Origin: Bradymonadia bacterium
GTDB taxonomy: Bacteria; Myxococcota_A; Bradymonadia; UBA7976; UBA1532
Assembly (NCBI GenBank): GCA_046290225.1
Contig: JBKAGE010000083.1
Span: 1-14,634 of the forward strand
Direction of reading: 5' to 3'
DNA length: 14,634 bases
Shown here: positions 1 to 8,270 of the stretch, in pieces
How positions within the stretch are numbered: the first letter of the stretch is position 1
Layout: each line of letters starts with the position of its first letter
The notes under the pieces: generated by a model
The model's database searches: none
What the model was told of the DNA's origin: nothing
The model's input: only the letters and a program-made list of their open reading frames with translations
Position numbers and translations under genes: made by a program

Positions 1-1
1 C

Positions 2-106
2 GGCAAGGACCCCAACGGCTACCGCTACGACTTCGTCAAGCTCGCCGAGAAGGCCGCCACCCTCGCTGGCGTACAGCCCAAGAAGGTCCAGGCCATCGCC
101 AAGTAA
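2..106 (+). CDS. 3' end (partial) of a probable VWA-domain protein with a YfbK/DUF3520-like C-terminus
   Basis: Frame 2 is open from the window edge: GKDPNGYRYDFVKLAEKAATLAGVQPKKVQAIAK, stop TAA at 104-106, with strong GC3 codon bias. GxDxxGYRxxFxxL resembles the C-terminal motif of YfbK-like VWA proteins. Only 34 aa are visible. Confidence 0.6.
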   Translation, partial: GKDPNGYRYDFVKLAEKAATLAGVQPKKVQAIAK

Positions 107-120
107 TGCGTGTGATGTGA

Positions 121-140
121 TGCTCAAGGCTGGATGAGCA
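121..140. terminator. Small hairpin between convergent genes, possible bidirectional terminator
   Basis: TGCTCA-aggctgga-TGAGCA (6-bp stem) lies in the 43-bp gap between stops at 106 (+) and 150 (-). No U-tract. Confidence 0.25.
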
Positions 141-149
141 CGGAAGTGG

Positions 150-506
150 TCAGTGGGGGGTGGGTGCTTCCAGGGCTTTCTCTACAGCTTCGACCAGACC
201 AGGCAGGCCGAACTCTTTGCGCACCACTGTGAAGCCATTGGGCGCCAGCTCGGGGTTGCCGGTGACCATGACGATGGGGATACCGCGCTGATCGAGCATC
301 CACGCCAGATCGCCGCCCATCAGTCGCTTCAAGCGCACATCGATGATCGCGACGTCGGGCGGAGCGCCTTGCTTCGAGAGGTGGTTGCCCTCTCCGCCAG
401 AGCCCGCCTCGATCATCTCCGCGTGAGACCACCTCTTCGTCAGTGTCCTGCGGATGGCCTCTCGATCGACTGGATCGTCGTCGACGAGCAGAATCCGAAT
501 ACTCAT
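150..506 (-). CDS. Single-domain response regulator (CheY-like receiver), 118 aa
   Basis: MSIRILLVDDD acidic pocket, PDVAIID phosphoacceptor Asp, IPIVMVTG Thr and VRKEF Lys. I moved the start from the ORF track's 614 to ATG 506, which has AGGAG about 7 nt upstream on the minus strand. Confidence 0.9.
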   Translation of the reverse strand: MSIRILLVDDDPVDREAIRRTLTKRWSHAEMIEAGSGGEGNHLSKQGAPPDVAIIDVRLKRLMGGDLAWMLDQRGIPIVMVTGNPELAPNGFTVVRKEFGLPGLVEAVEKALEAPTPH

Positions 507-664
507 CGCGCCACTCCTCGTGGTCAGCCGCCTTGTCATCGAGATACAAGACAGACCACCATCTCCCCACTGTGTTGACTCCACCACACCCACGTTACCT
601 GAGGTGTGGGCCAAGGTGAATCAAGAACCCGGTTTCTTTGGCGCGTGTGAAAGAAGTGAGCTGC

Positions 665-1129
665 ATGAGCCCAGATGTGCACATCGAAGAGTTCCATGGA
701 GAAGAGGCCAGAGCACATTGGCCTGATGTTCGGCCACTGGCCATGCTGGTGTTTGCAGTGGACGACGCCGATGCCTGGGATCGACGAGTGGCGTTTCACC
801 CTGGGCTGCATGTGCTCGTTGCCCGAGCGGCGGAGCAGGTCGTGGGGTTCAAGATCGGATACCTCAGCCGGCCAGACCGGATGGAGAGCTGGTTGGGTGG
901 TGTGCATCCGGACTGGCGTCGGCACGGCGTCGGGGCCGCGATGATGCGGCGTCAGCATGCCTGGGCCGCAGCCCAAGGTCTGCGTCGTATTTGGACCCTC
1001 ACCCATGATCACTGGCCCGCCATGATCGCCCTCAACCTCGCCCACGGTTTTCACATCATCGGCAGCTACACCGAGCGTTCAGGGGGCACGAAGCTCATTT
1101 TGGAGAAGTGCTTCGTAAGAGGTGAGTGA
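665..1129 (+). CDS. GNAT-family N-acetyltransferase, about 154 aa
   Basis: Acetyl-CoA motif A GGVHPDWRRHGVGAAMM, upstream VVGFKIGY strand, and C-terminal AMIALNLAHGF motif. ATG 665 is preferred over TTG 638, but the start is uncertain. Confidence 0.9.
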   Translation: MSPDVHIEEFHGEEARAHWPDVRPLAMLVFAVDDADAWDRRVAFHPGLHVLVARAAEQVVGFKIGYLSRPDRMESWLGGVHPDWRRHGVGAAMMRRQHAWAAAQGLRRIWTLTHDHWPAMIALNLAHGFHIIGSYTERSGGTKLILEKCFVRGE

Positions 1130-1217
1130 CACATTCGAATGCCTGCGGTGTTCAACCGGCGAAACGCATCGGAGCCCGAAGACGCAGGGCTGTGGTGCAC
1201 GGACCGGAGGCACCTGA

Positions 1218-3515
1218 ATGTTCGATCTCGTCGGCCGTGTGGTCTGGCTGTACTGCCTGTGGGGGCTCGGATGCGCGTGGGCGCAGCAGAGTCGACCGGG
1301 GGAGATCACCCAACAACCAGAGGTCGTGGCGGCTGTACCCGCCTCACGCAGCAGCTTGAGCGGCGTCTTGCTGCGCAAGGGGATGCGCTCACCTCTGGTG
1401 GGTTTGATGGTGAAGGCCAGCTGGGGGAAAGGGGCATTCGAGCACGAGGCCTTCACGGATGAGCATGGGCGGTTTGTCATCGAGGGGCTGCCGCCGGGCG
1501 CCCTCGAGCTCGTGGTCGAAGAGCCAGGCTTCGAAGTGTTGAAGGATACGTTCGAGCTCGGCGAGGGTCAGATCTTGGAGGTGCAGTACTTCCTCGGGCC
1601 CCAAGGCTTCGAAGAGACCGATATGGTCATCGTCGGGCAGCGCGTCCGCCGCGTGGTGACGGTCCATCAGATCACTGCAGAAGAGGCGCTCACCGCCCCA
1701 GGCACTCAAGGGGACATCCTCAAGGCTGTGCCCAACTTGCCCGGCGCCGCGCGGCCACCCTTCGGATCGGGCGATCTGGTTTTGCGGGGCGGAGGCTATA
1801 CCCAGGCGGTCATCGAGGGGCAGGACATCCCATATGCATTTCACTTCGGTGACATCCGCAGCACCATCAGCGCCGATCTCGTTGAGACACTGGCTGTGTA
1901 TCCGGGGAACTATGGTGTGGAGTTCGGCCGGGGGAACGGCGGCTTCGTCGACATTCAGCTGAGACGACCGAGCATGGAGGGCGTGCACGGAAACGTCGAC
2001 GTGAACCTCTTCGACGCCGGCGCTTTCGTCGAAGGGCCCATCGGCACGGGGGGCTCACTCGCCGTGGGCTTTCGGCGCAGCTACATCGACGTGTTGTTTC
2101 CTGTGGTCATGCCCAAGGAGGCCGTGGAGGACTTTCGCACCGCTCCGCGATATTTCGACGGTCAGATGCTCTACGACCACCGGTGGTCAGGGCACACCGT
2201 GCGGTGGTTCACCTATGGCGGTGGCGATCGCCTCGTGCTGCTCATCGACGAGCCCTCGGAGAATGATCCCGGCCTGCGGGGGCGTCTTGACAACCGCGTG
2301 GAGTGGGTGGGCAGCTTCGTCGACTGGGAAGCCACTGTCGCCGAAGGCGTCAGGCACACCGCCTCACTCGGCTACCTGTATACACACAGCCGGCAGAGCC
2401 TCGGCGACGACCTGCGGTTGGACTTCGATCTACATCAGGTCACGTTTCGAGACGCGTTGTCGGTGAGGCTGAGCGAGGCGGTGACGTGGCGGGTGGGGCT
2501 CGATCACAAGGTGCTCTATACCTGGGCCGACGTGCTCGCGGTGTTCCCGCCGAAAGAAGGCGACGCACCGCCGCCGCTCTCCGCCGGCGATCCGCGTCAG
2601 ATCGAGCGCACGTTCTGGTCCTGGGAGCCGGCCCTGTGGACCGAAGCTGAGCTGCGGTGGGGCGATCTCACGCTGATCCCTGGTCTGCGCGTCGATCACT
2701 ACAGCCTCACCGACGAGATCCTGTTTCAGCCTCGCTTGACTGCACGCTATCGAGTAAATGGCGCCACCACGCTCAAGGGGGCTGTGGGTCAGTACACTCA
2801 GCCGCCGGATCTCGACGAGGTGGATGACACGTTCGGCACCTCAGCCATCAACGCCGAGCAGAGCTTGCACACCTCTCTCGGTGTTGAGCGCCGGTTTGGC
2901 GATCACCTCTCCGTCGACGTGACGGGTTTCTATAAAGGCTTCGATCAGCTGATCACCGCGGACAGAGATGATCCCGACACCCGATATCGGAACCAGGGGA
3001 TCGGCAGAGCCTATGGCTTGGAGGCGCTGATCAGGTTCGGGGGTCATCCCCGGTTCAATGGATGGCTGGCCTATACACTGCAAAGATCCGAACGGAGAGA
3101 CAGGCCAGGGGTGGCCTGGCGGGCCTTCGACCAGGACCAGACCCACAACCTCGTGCTGGTGGGGCGCTATCGGTTGACCCGGGACTGGTCCATCGGCGGA
3201 CGCTGGCGCTATGTGACCGGCAACCCGCAGACCGAATACGACCGCGCCATCTTCGACAGCGACAATGACGTGTACGTGCCCATCGTGGCCGGGCAGACCA
3301 ACACGGGCCGTCTACCGGCCTTTCATCAGCTCGACCTGCGCATCGATCGTCAGTGGCTCTTCGACACCTGGCAGTTGACCGCCTACCTCGACCTGCAGAA
3401 CGCCTACAACCGCGCCAACGCCGAGGCCTTTACCTACAACTACGATTACACCCGGCGAGACACCCTCGGTGGCTTGCCCCTGCTGCCATCATTTGGCCTG
3501 AGAGGTGAGTTCTGA
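1218..3515 (+). CDS. TonB-dependent outer-membrane receptor with N-terminal carboxypeptidase-regulatory-like domain, 765 aa
   Basis: GGAGG RBS at 1206-1210. Signal peptide, then TDEHGRFVIEGLPPG (CarboxypepD_reg-like), plug motifs DILKAVPNLPG, LVLRGG and YPGNYGVEFGRGNGGFVDI, barrel motifs PGLRVD, QPRLTARY, GRAYGLE, LDLRID and YLDLQNAYNR, and a terminal Phe (GLRGEF). Confidence 0.93.
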   Translation: MFDLVGRVVWLYCLWGLGCAWAQQSRPGEITQQPEVVAAVPASRSSLSGVLLRKGMRSPLVGLMVKASWGKGAFEHEAFTDEHGRFVIEGLPPGALELVVEEPGFEVLKDTFELGEGQILEVQYFLGPQGFEETDMVIVGQRVRRVVTVHQITAEEALTAPGTQGDILKAVPNLPGAARPPFGSGDLVLRGGGYTQAVIEGQDIPYAFHFGDIRSTISADLVETLAVYPGNYGVEFGRGNGGFVDIQLRRPSMEGVHGNVDVNLFDAGAFVEGPIGTGGSLAVGFRRSYIDVLFPVVMPKEAVEDFRTAPRYFDGQMLYDHRWSGHTVRWFTYGGGDRLVLLIDEPSENDPGLRGRLDNRVEWVGSFVDWEATVAEGVRHTASLGYLYTHSRQSLGDDLRLDFDLHQVTFRDALSVRLSEAVTWRVGLDHKVLYTWADVLAVFPPKEGDAPPPLSAGDPRQIERTFWSWEPALWTEAELRWGDLTLIPGLRVDHYSLTDEILFQPRLTARYRVNGATTLKGAVGQYTQPPDLDEVDDTFGTSAINAEQSLHTSLGVERRFGDHLSVDVTGFYKGFDQLITADRDDPDTRYRNQGIGRAYGLEALIRFGGHPRFNGWLAYTLQRSERRDRPGVAWRAFDQDQTHNLVLVGRYRLTRDWSIGGRWRYVTGNPQTEYDRAIFDSDNDVYVPIVAGQTNTGRLPAFHQLDLRIDRQWLFDTWQLTAYLDLQNAYNRANAEAFTYNYDYTRRDTLGGLPLLPSFGLRGEF

Positions 3516-4369
3516 TGTGTCGAATGCGCTGCTTGATGGCGGTGGTGGTGCTCATGTGGGGCTGTGACGAGGACTTCGAGGCTCGCACCCTGCTCGAAGG
3601 CTATCGCGTGATGGGCATCTCCGCAGATCGGCCAGAGGTGGGCCTCGAAGACACGGTCACCCTGCACGTGCACGACTTCGACACCGAGGGTCGACCGCCG
3701 ACGTACCGCTGGTCGGTCTGCATGGCCTCAGTGGGGGCAGAGAACAACTTTGAGTGTGTCGACGAGACGTGGCGTTTCTCGTTGGAAGGGGCGCGCACCC
3801 TCACCGTGGACTTCGAGCGGGTGGGCGCCGAGTCGGTGAGCCTGAGCTCGATCTATGAGCAGGCGTTGAGTCGTTACGGCGGGATGCCCTCGGCCACCGG
3901 GATCAAAGATCTGGAAGAGGGCTTTGACGTGCTCTTTACGCTCAACAGCGGTCCAGAAGGTGGCCGAGAGGTCGAGACCGTGAAGCGGGTGACGGTGAGA
4001 TCCCCGGCTCGAGAAGAGGGGCCCAATACGAACCCTGAGGTCTCGCGCTTTTCGGTGGAGGCCGTCGCACGGGCCAGCACGTCTGTGGAGTTGGCCGTCG
4101 AGGTGACCGATGGCTCGGCGCAGCCCTACGTGCTGGAGCGGTATGGCGAAGACGGAGTGGTGGTTGAGTCGAGTGATGCCACAGAGGAGCTGGCCTATAC
4201 CTGGTACACCACAGCTGGTGAGACCGATCCGCCCGTGACCTTTGGGGATGTGCAGCGCACCACATTGAAGCTGCCTGCAGAGGCCGGCCTGGTCCGTGTC
4301 TTTGTGACGGTGCGGGATGGCCGCGGCGGGCTCGATGTGGCGGAGGCGGAGATCGAGGTGAGGCCTTGA
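3515..4369 (+). CDS. Putative lipoprotein partner of the TonB-dependent receptor, 284 aa
   Basis: Starts in a TGATG overlap with the receptor stop. Lipobox-like VLMWG-C followed by DEDF. Beta-rich acidic sequence with C-terminal VFVTVRDGRGG, an Ig-like strand motif I recall from myxobacterial lipoproteins downstream of such receptors. Confidence 0.8.
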   Translation: MCRMRCLMAVVVLMWGCDEDFEARTLLEGYRVMGISADRPEVGLEDTVTLHVHDFDTEGRPPTYRWSVCMASVGAENNFECVDETWRFSLEGARTLTVDFERVGAESVSLSSIYEQALSRYGGMPSATGIKDLEEGFDVLFTLNSGPEGGREVETVKRVTVRSPAREEGPNTNPEVSRFSVEAVARASTSVELAVEVTDGSAQPYVLERYGEDGVVVESSDATEELAYTWYTTAGETDPPVTFGDVQRTTLKLPAEAGLVRVFVTVRDGRGGLDVAEAEIEVRP

Positions 4370-4378
4370 TGGGCCTTT
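4360..4378 (+). terminator. Weak hairpin at the convergent gene junction
   Basis: gAGGCCT-tgat-GGGCCTtt overlaps stop 4369. The stem is short and is followed by only a minimal T run. Confidence 0.2.
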
Positions 4379-4390
4379 GAGCGTCAGGGC

Positions 4391-6868
4391 CTACCGCCGG
4401 CGGCGGAGCAGTCCGGCGCCGAAGAGCAGCAGTACCCACGCCACCGTGCTGCGGCCACCAGCGGCGTTGCAGCCGCCCTCGGCGGTGCCGTTGTCACCCA
4501 CCACCTGCGCCATGGGGGGCGGCGGCGTGCTGCCGGGGTTGTCCGTGTCGCCGCCACCAGGGTTGTCGCCCCCTTCACCGCCGCCGTTGCCCGCGTTGTC
4601 GTTGGGGTCGAGGACCGGAGGCTCCGGGGGATCTGTGTAGTCGCCCACGCACTGCAAGGTATCGTTCACGATGGCACAGGCGGTGCCCGAGGGGCAGTCG
4701 ACGTTGCGGCACGGATCGCCGACGCAGGCGCCGTTCAGACACCTCTCGTCTTCGCCACAGTCCATACCGGCGCAGGCGTCGGGGCGGCACTCGCCGCCGA
4801 GGCAGGCTTCACCGGCGGGGCACTGGAAGCCGCCACATGGATCGGGCTGGCATGCACCGTCGATGCAGCTCTCGTACAGCGGGCAGGAGAGCGCGGCGCA
4901 GGTGTCGACACACTCACCGGCGCGGCAGAACTGATCACCACCACAGCTCATGCCGTCACAGGGATCCGCCTGGCAAGTGCCGTTCACGCAGGCCTGGTTG
5001 CCCTCACAGCCGTTCACGGTGCAGTCGCCGGGGCGGCAGCTGCCCGCCACGCAGGTCTCGCCGGCGCCGCAGTCGACGCCGGCGCAGGTGTCTTCACAGC
5101 GGCCCGTGGTCTCGTCGCACACCGCCGAGCCTTCGCAGACCACCTCGTAGCAGCGGGGCACGCAGAGGCCGCGGATGGGCTCGCAGAAGGTGCCTTCGGT
5201 GACGCACTCGTTGTTCTGGCAGGGCTCGCGACACTCACCGCGATCACAGATCGTGTCGCCGGGGCAAACCGGATCAGAGGGGAAGTCCTCGTCGACGGTG
5301 CCATCACAGTCGTTGTCTTCCCCGTCGCAGACCTCTTCCGAGGTGCCACAGAAGCCGCAAGCGTTCAGCGTACCCTCGTCGATGGCGCCATCACAGTCGT
5401 CGTCTTCGCCGTTGCACACCTCTTCGATGGGCTGCAGATCGGGCACGCAATCGAAGTAGCCGTTCTCGTCGCACTCCTGCATGCCCAGGGCGCAGCGGCC
5501 CGGCAGGCCTGTGGCGCACACCTCCGGGGGGATGGGCTGGCCGAGATCGTCGATACAGGGCTCGCCGTCACAGACGTCGCCGCGGCCATTGCCGTCGCTG
5601 TCGAGCTGATCGGGGTTGGGCACCTCGGGGCAGTTGTCGCAGACGTCGCCGAGGCCGTCACCATCGCTGTCGGCCTGATCGGGGTTGGGCACGCCGGGGC
5701 AGTTGTCCTCTTCGCCGCAGAGATCGTCGCCGTCCTCGTCGACGCAGGCGCCGCCGAGAGAGCGCTCGAGCACCAGAATCGAGAAGGCCGTCGCGGAGCC
5801 CGGCTCCCAGTTGTTCGGTGCTGCCCAGCCACCGTTCGCCGCCTGCAGGTTGGTGAGCTGCCAGGCGAAGTCGTAGTACCAGCCTGCGGGCTCCTCGGGG
5901 TAGCCGTCGCCGGCGGGGTTCCGTTGCCCACCGATGGCGTGGGCGTCGAGGCCTCCGTTGGGGTTCTCCCCGCTCACCTCGAGGCCCTTCGCCGCAGCCC
6001 AGAGGTAGTAGTAGTAGCTCTGGTTGAAGCGCTGGTTGATGTGGCGATCGTAGGTGTAGTTGTTCTGCAGCCAGCCCAGGGTCTGTTGCACCTCGGCGCT
6101 GCTCACGTCGAGACCTGCGAGTCGGTAGGTCCAGAGGCCCGAGGCGGTCATCGAGCTGGAGCTGCCGGAGTTGTGCCCGGGGCGGTAGTTGTGGCCGCCG
6201 TCGAACTGCCGGGTGTTGTTCACGAAGCCCACGGTGCGGTTGAGGGTGTTCGCCGCCCCTTGAGAGACCTGCTCCGCGGCGCTCAGGCCCGCCATGGCGA
6301 ACTGGGTCGTGGACAAATCACCGTCGAAGTCAGGGAAGTCGTAGTTCCAGCCACCCTGGTTGGTGCCGGCGTTCCCCTGCATGCTGCGCAGGGCCTGCAC
6401 ACCAGACTCCAGGGCTTGCCGGGCACCGACGAAGCCGCCCACGTCATCGGGGCCGCCGGTGAGCAGATAGACCGAGATGGCCATGAGGTTGGAGCCCGTC
6501 ACATAGGAGTTGGGCACCCCGCCCTGCAAGCCATCGTCCTCCTCGATCATGTAGCGGATGGCGCTGCGCACCCGCTGCTGATCATCAGGAGACATGTTCT
6601 CGTACCCCAGAGGCTCTGCGTTCCAATCCGACGAGGCCCGCTTCTCGAGAAAGCACAGCGTGGCGAGGCCTGTAGCCTCTGGCGTGGGCCCGAAGCCGCC
6701 GTCACCCCGCTGCTGACCACGGAAGTACTGCAGCCCACGCTCGATGGACTGGTTGACCCGCTCGCCGAAGGGGGTGACCTGAGCCTCTGCGTCGCCGGGC
6801 GTGCCCAGAGTGACGCTGCCCAGGGCAAAGAGCCCGGCGGCGAAGAGTGAAGGGGTGATGCGGATCAT
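4391..6868 (-). CDS. MYXO-CTERM cell-surface protein, 825 aa: prenyltransferase/squalene-cyclase-like alpha/alpha barrel, TSP3-like repeats, MopE-related metal-binding repeats and Cys-rich stalk
   Basis: Start moved to ATG 6868 (GGAGG RBS at 6874-6878). Signal peptide ends AEA-Q. QW-like motifs [22 protein letters not shown] and QAANGGW. Two DNCPxVPNPDQxDSDGxGxGDVCD repeats and two E-VC(N/D)GEDxDCDGxxDE repeats. Many CxxxxCxxxxxCxxGxC repeats, a Pro/Gly linker, and C-terminal GGCNAAGG, hydrophobic helix, RRRR. Confidence 0.9.
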   Translation of the reverse strand: MIRITPSLFAAGLFALGSVTLGTPGDAEAQVTPFGERVNQSIERGLQYFRGQQRGDGGFGPTPEATGLATLCFLEKRASSDWNAEPLGYENMSPDDQQRVRSAIRYMIEEDDGLQGGVPNSYVTGSNLMAISVYLLTGGPDDVGGFVGARQALESGVQALRSMQGNAGTNQGGWNYDFPDFDGDLSTTQFAMAGLSAAEQVSQGAANTLNRTVGFVNNTRQFDGGHNYRPGHNSGSSSSMTASGLWTYRLAGLDVSSAEVQQTLGWLQNNYTYDRHINQRFNQSYYYYLWAAAKGLEVSGENPNGGLDAHAIGGQRNPAGDGYPEEPAGWYYDFAWQLTNLQAANGGWAAPNNWEPGSATAFSILVLERSLGGACVDEDGDDLCGEEDNCPGVPNPDQADSDGDGLGDVCDNCPEVPNPDQLDSDGNGRGDVCDGEPCIDDLGQPIPPEVCATGLPGRCALGMQECDENGYFDCVPDLQPIEEVCNGEDDDCDGAIDEGTLNACGFCGTSEEVCDGEDNDCDGTVDEDFPSDPVCPGDTICDRGECREPCQNNECVTEGTFCEPIRGLCVPRCYEVVCEGSAVCDETTGRCEDTCAGVDCGAGETCVAGSCRPGDCTVNGCEGNQACVNGTCQADPCDGMSCGGDQFCRAGECVDTCAALSCPLYESCIDGACQPDPCGGFQCPAGEACLGGECRPDACAGMDCGEDERCLNGACVGDPCRNVDCPSGTACAIVNDTLQCVGDYTDPPEPPVLDPNDNAGNGGGEGGDNPGGGDTDNPGSTPPPPMAQVVGDNGTAEGGCNAAGGRSTVAWVLLLFGAGLLRRRR

Positions 6869-6902
6869 GGGGACCTCCGATGCGCTGACCGGAAGGTGGA
6901 TG

Positions 6903-6918
6903 ATCAAGTCTCGTGCCA
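6903..6918 (-). promoter_or_regulatory. Candidate sigma-54 (-24/-12) promoter for the MYXO-CTERM gene
   Basis: Minus strand reads TGGCACG-agac-TTGAT against consensus TGGCACG-N4-TTGCW. The -24 box and spacing are perfect, with one mismatch at the -12 C. It lies 35-50 nt upstream of ATG 6868. Confidence 0.45.
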
Positions 6919-6961
6919 CCTGGGAAATCTACGGATTATGGGGCTTCGAGGCCCCTTGGGG

Positions 6962-7040
6962 TGAGACCTGCGCACCACGAGGTCACAGGCACTGTGACGT
7001 GCATAGCCCAGTTCGGTCTCATTGCAGGCTGTGGTGCGCA
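6962..7040. repeat. Nested inverted repeats in the divergent intergenic region (operator, enhancer or structured RNA)
   Basis: TGCGCACCAC 6969-6978 / GTGGTGCGCA 7031-7040 (perfect, 10 bp); GTCACAG-gca-CTGTGAC 6982-6998 (perfect, 7 bp); TGAGACC 6962-6968 / GGTCTCA 7015-7021. Confidence 0.55.
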
Positions 7041-7126
7041 TCGATGATGTGCTCTTTCAACTGTGGTGATACAGTCCGCGCGCACGGAAACAACCGCCTC
7101 ACGGCACAGGGAAAGAGAGCAAAAAC

Positions 7127-8236
7127 ATGCGCATCGGCGTACCTGCAGAGGTCAAGAATCACGAGTACCGGGTGGGGCTGGTCCCCGCCGGGGTACGGGA
7201 CATGGTCCGCCACGGCCACAGTGTCATGGTGCAGAGCGGCGCCGGGATCGGCAGTGGCATCACCGACGAGATGTACGCTGCTGCCGGGGCTACCCTCGTC
7301 GAAGACGCCGCCACCGTCTGGGGCGAGGCCGAGATGATCTGCAAGGTCAAAGAGCCTGTCGCCAGCGAGTACGATCTCATCCAGAAGGGTCAGATCATCT
7401 ACACCTACCTGCACCTCGCCGCGGTGCCCGAGCTCGCCCAGGTGCTGCTCGACAAAGAGGTGGCTGGTGTGGCGTACGAGACCATCGAGACCGCCGATGG
7501 CCGGCTGCCCCTGCTGCAGCCCATGAGCGAGGTCGCAGGCAAGATGGCCACCCAGGTGGGTGCACGAGGCCTCGAGAAAGAGGCCGGCGGCAAGGGCATC
7601 TTGATGGGCGGCGTGCCTGGCGTGCGCCGCGCCCGGGTGGTGGTCCTCGGCGGTGGCGTCGTGGGCATCAACGCCGCGAAGGTCGCCGTGGGCATGGGCG
7701 CCCGCGTGAGCATCCTCGACATCAACGTCGCCCGGCTCAACTACCTCGAAGATGTGTTCATGGGCAAAGTCGACACGGTGTACTCCGACTCGGAGACCCT
7801 CGTGGAGAGCCTCAAGTGGGCTGACCTGGTCATCGGCGCCGTGCTCGTCGCCGGAGCTCGGGCCCCCACGCTGGTGACCCGGGAGCACCTCAAGCTCATG
7901 GAGCCCGGCTCGGTGCTCGTCGACGTCGCCGTCGACCAGGGTGGCTGCTTCGAGACCACCCACCCCACCACCCACGAGGCGCCGACCTACATGGTGGACG
8001 ACATCCTGCACTACTGCGTGAGCAACATGCCCGGCGCCGTGTCGCGGACCAGCACCTTCGCTCTGAGCAACGTCACCCGGCCTTACGGCCTCGCGCTGGC
8101 GAACAAGGGCGTCGAGAAGGCCTGCGCCGAAGATCCCGCCCTGGCCAAGGGCCTCAACACCTTCCGCGGTGAGTGCAGCCATCCGGCGGTGGCGGAGTCC
8201 CTCGAACTGACCTACACCATCCCCCCGCTGGGCTGA
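7127..8236 (+). CDS. ald: Alanine dehydrogenase, 369 aa
   Basis: [21 protein letters not shown]-terminus, [29 protein letters not shown], Rossmann [18 protein letters not shown] and [16 protein letters not shown] are all AlaDH signature segments. The length is typical. Confidence 0.98.
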   Translation: MRIGVPAEVKNHEYRVGLVPAGVRDMVRHGHSVMVQSGAGIGSGITDEMYAAAGATLVEDAATVWGEAEMICKVKEPVASEYDLIQKGQIIYTYLHLAAVPELAQVLLDKEVAGVAYETIETADGRLPLLQPMSEVAGKMATQVGARGLEKEAGGKGILMGGVPGVRRARVVVLGGGVVGINAAKVAVGMGARVSILDINVARLNYLEDVFMGKVDTVYSDSETLVESLKWADLVIGAVLVAGARAPTLVTREHLKLMEPGSVLVDVAVDQGGCFETTHPTTHEAPTYMVDDILHYCVSNMPGAVSRTSTFALSNVTRPYGLALANKGVEKACAEDPALAKGLNTFRGECSHPAVAESLELTYTIPPLG

Positions 8237-8243
8237 TACAGTG

Positions 8244-8262
8244 CTCCGCGGATGACGCGGAG
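8244..8262 (+). promoter_or_regulatory. GC-rich hairpin after the ald stop, overlapping the RBS of the next gene
   Basis: CTCCGCG-gatga-CGCGGAG is a perfect 7-bp stem. Its 3' arm contains the start of GGAGGAG (8259-8265) ahead of ATG 8271. No U-tract. Confidence 0.4.
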
Positions 8263-8270
8263 GAGCCATC

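Noticed and set aside
507..614. N-terminal extensions given by the ORF track (RR from 614; likewise 6919 for the surface protein)
   Set aside because: Downstream ATGs at 506 and 6868 have clear Shine-Dalgarno sequences and coincide with the domain or signal-peptide start.
1130..1217. Cobalamin/TPP riboswitch or Fur box ahead of the TonB receptor
   Set aside because: The gap is only 88 bp and lacks the consensus elements. The short stems present (CCTGCG/CGCAGG) are unremarkable at this GC content.
5924..6850. 308-aa plus-strand ORF and other short overlapping ORFs across the window
   Set aside because: These are antisense or alternate-frame shadows of well-supported genes, with R/P/S-rich low-information translations.
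4391..6868. Calling this gene traA or shc (squalene-hopene cyclase)
   Set aside because: There is no recognisable PA14-like TraA head and no adjacent traB (OmpA-domain barrel). It has no DxDD motif and only one barrel domain, and it is exported.
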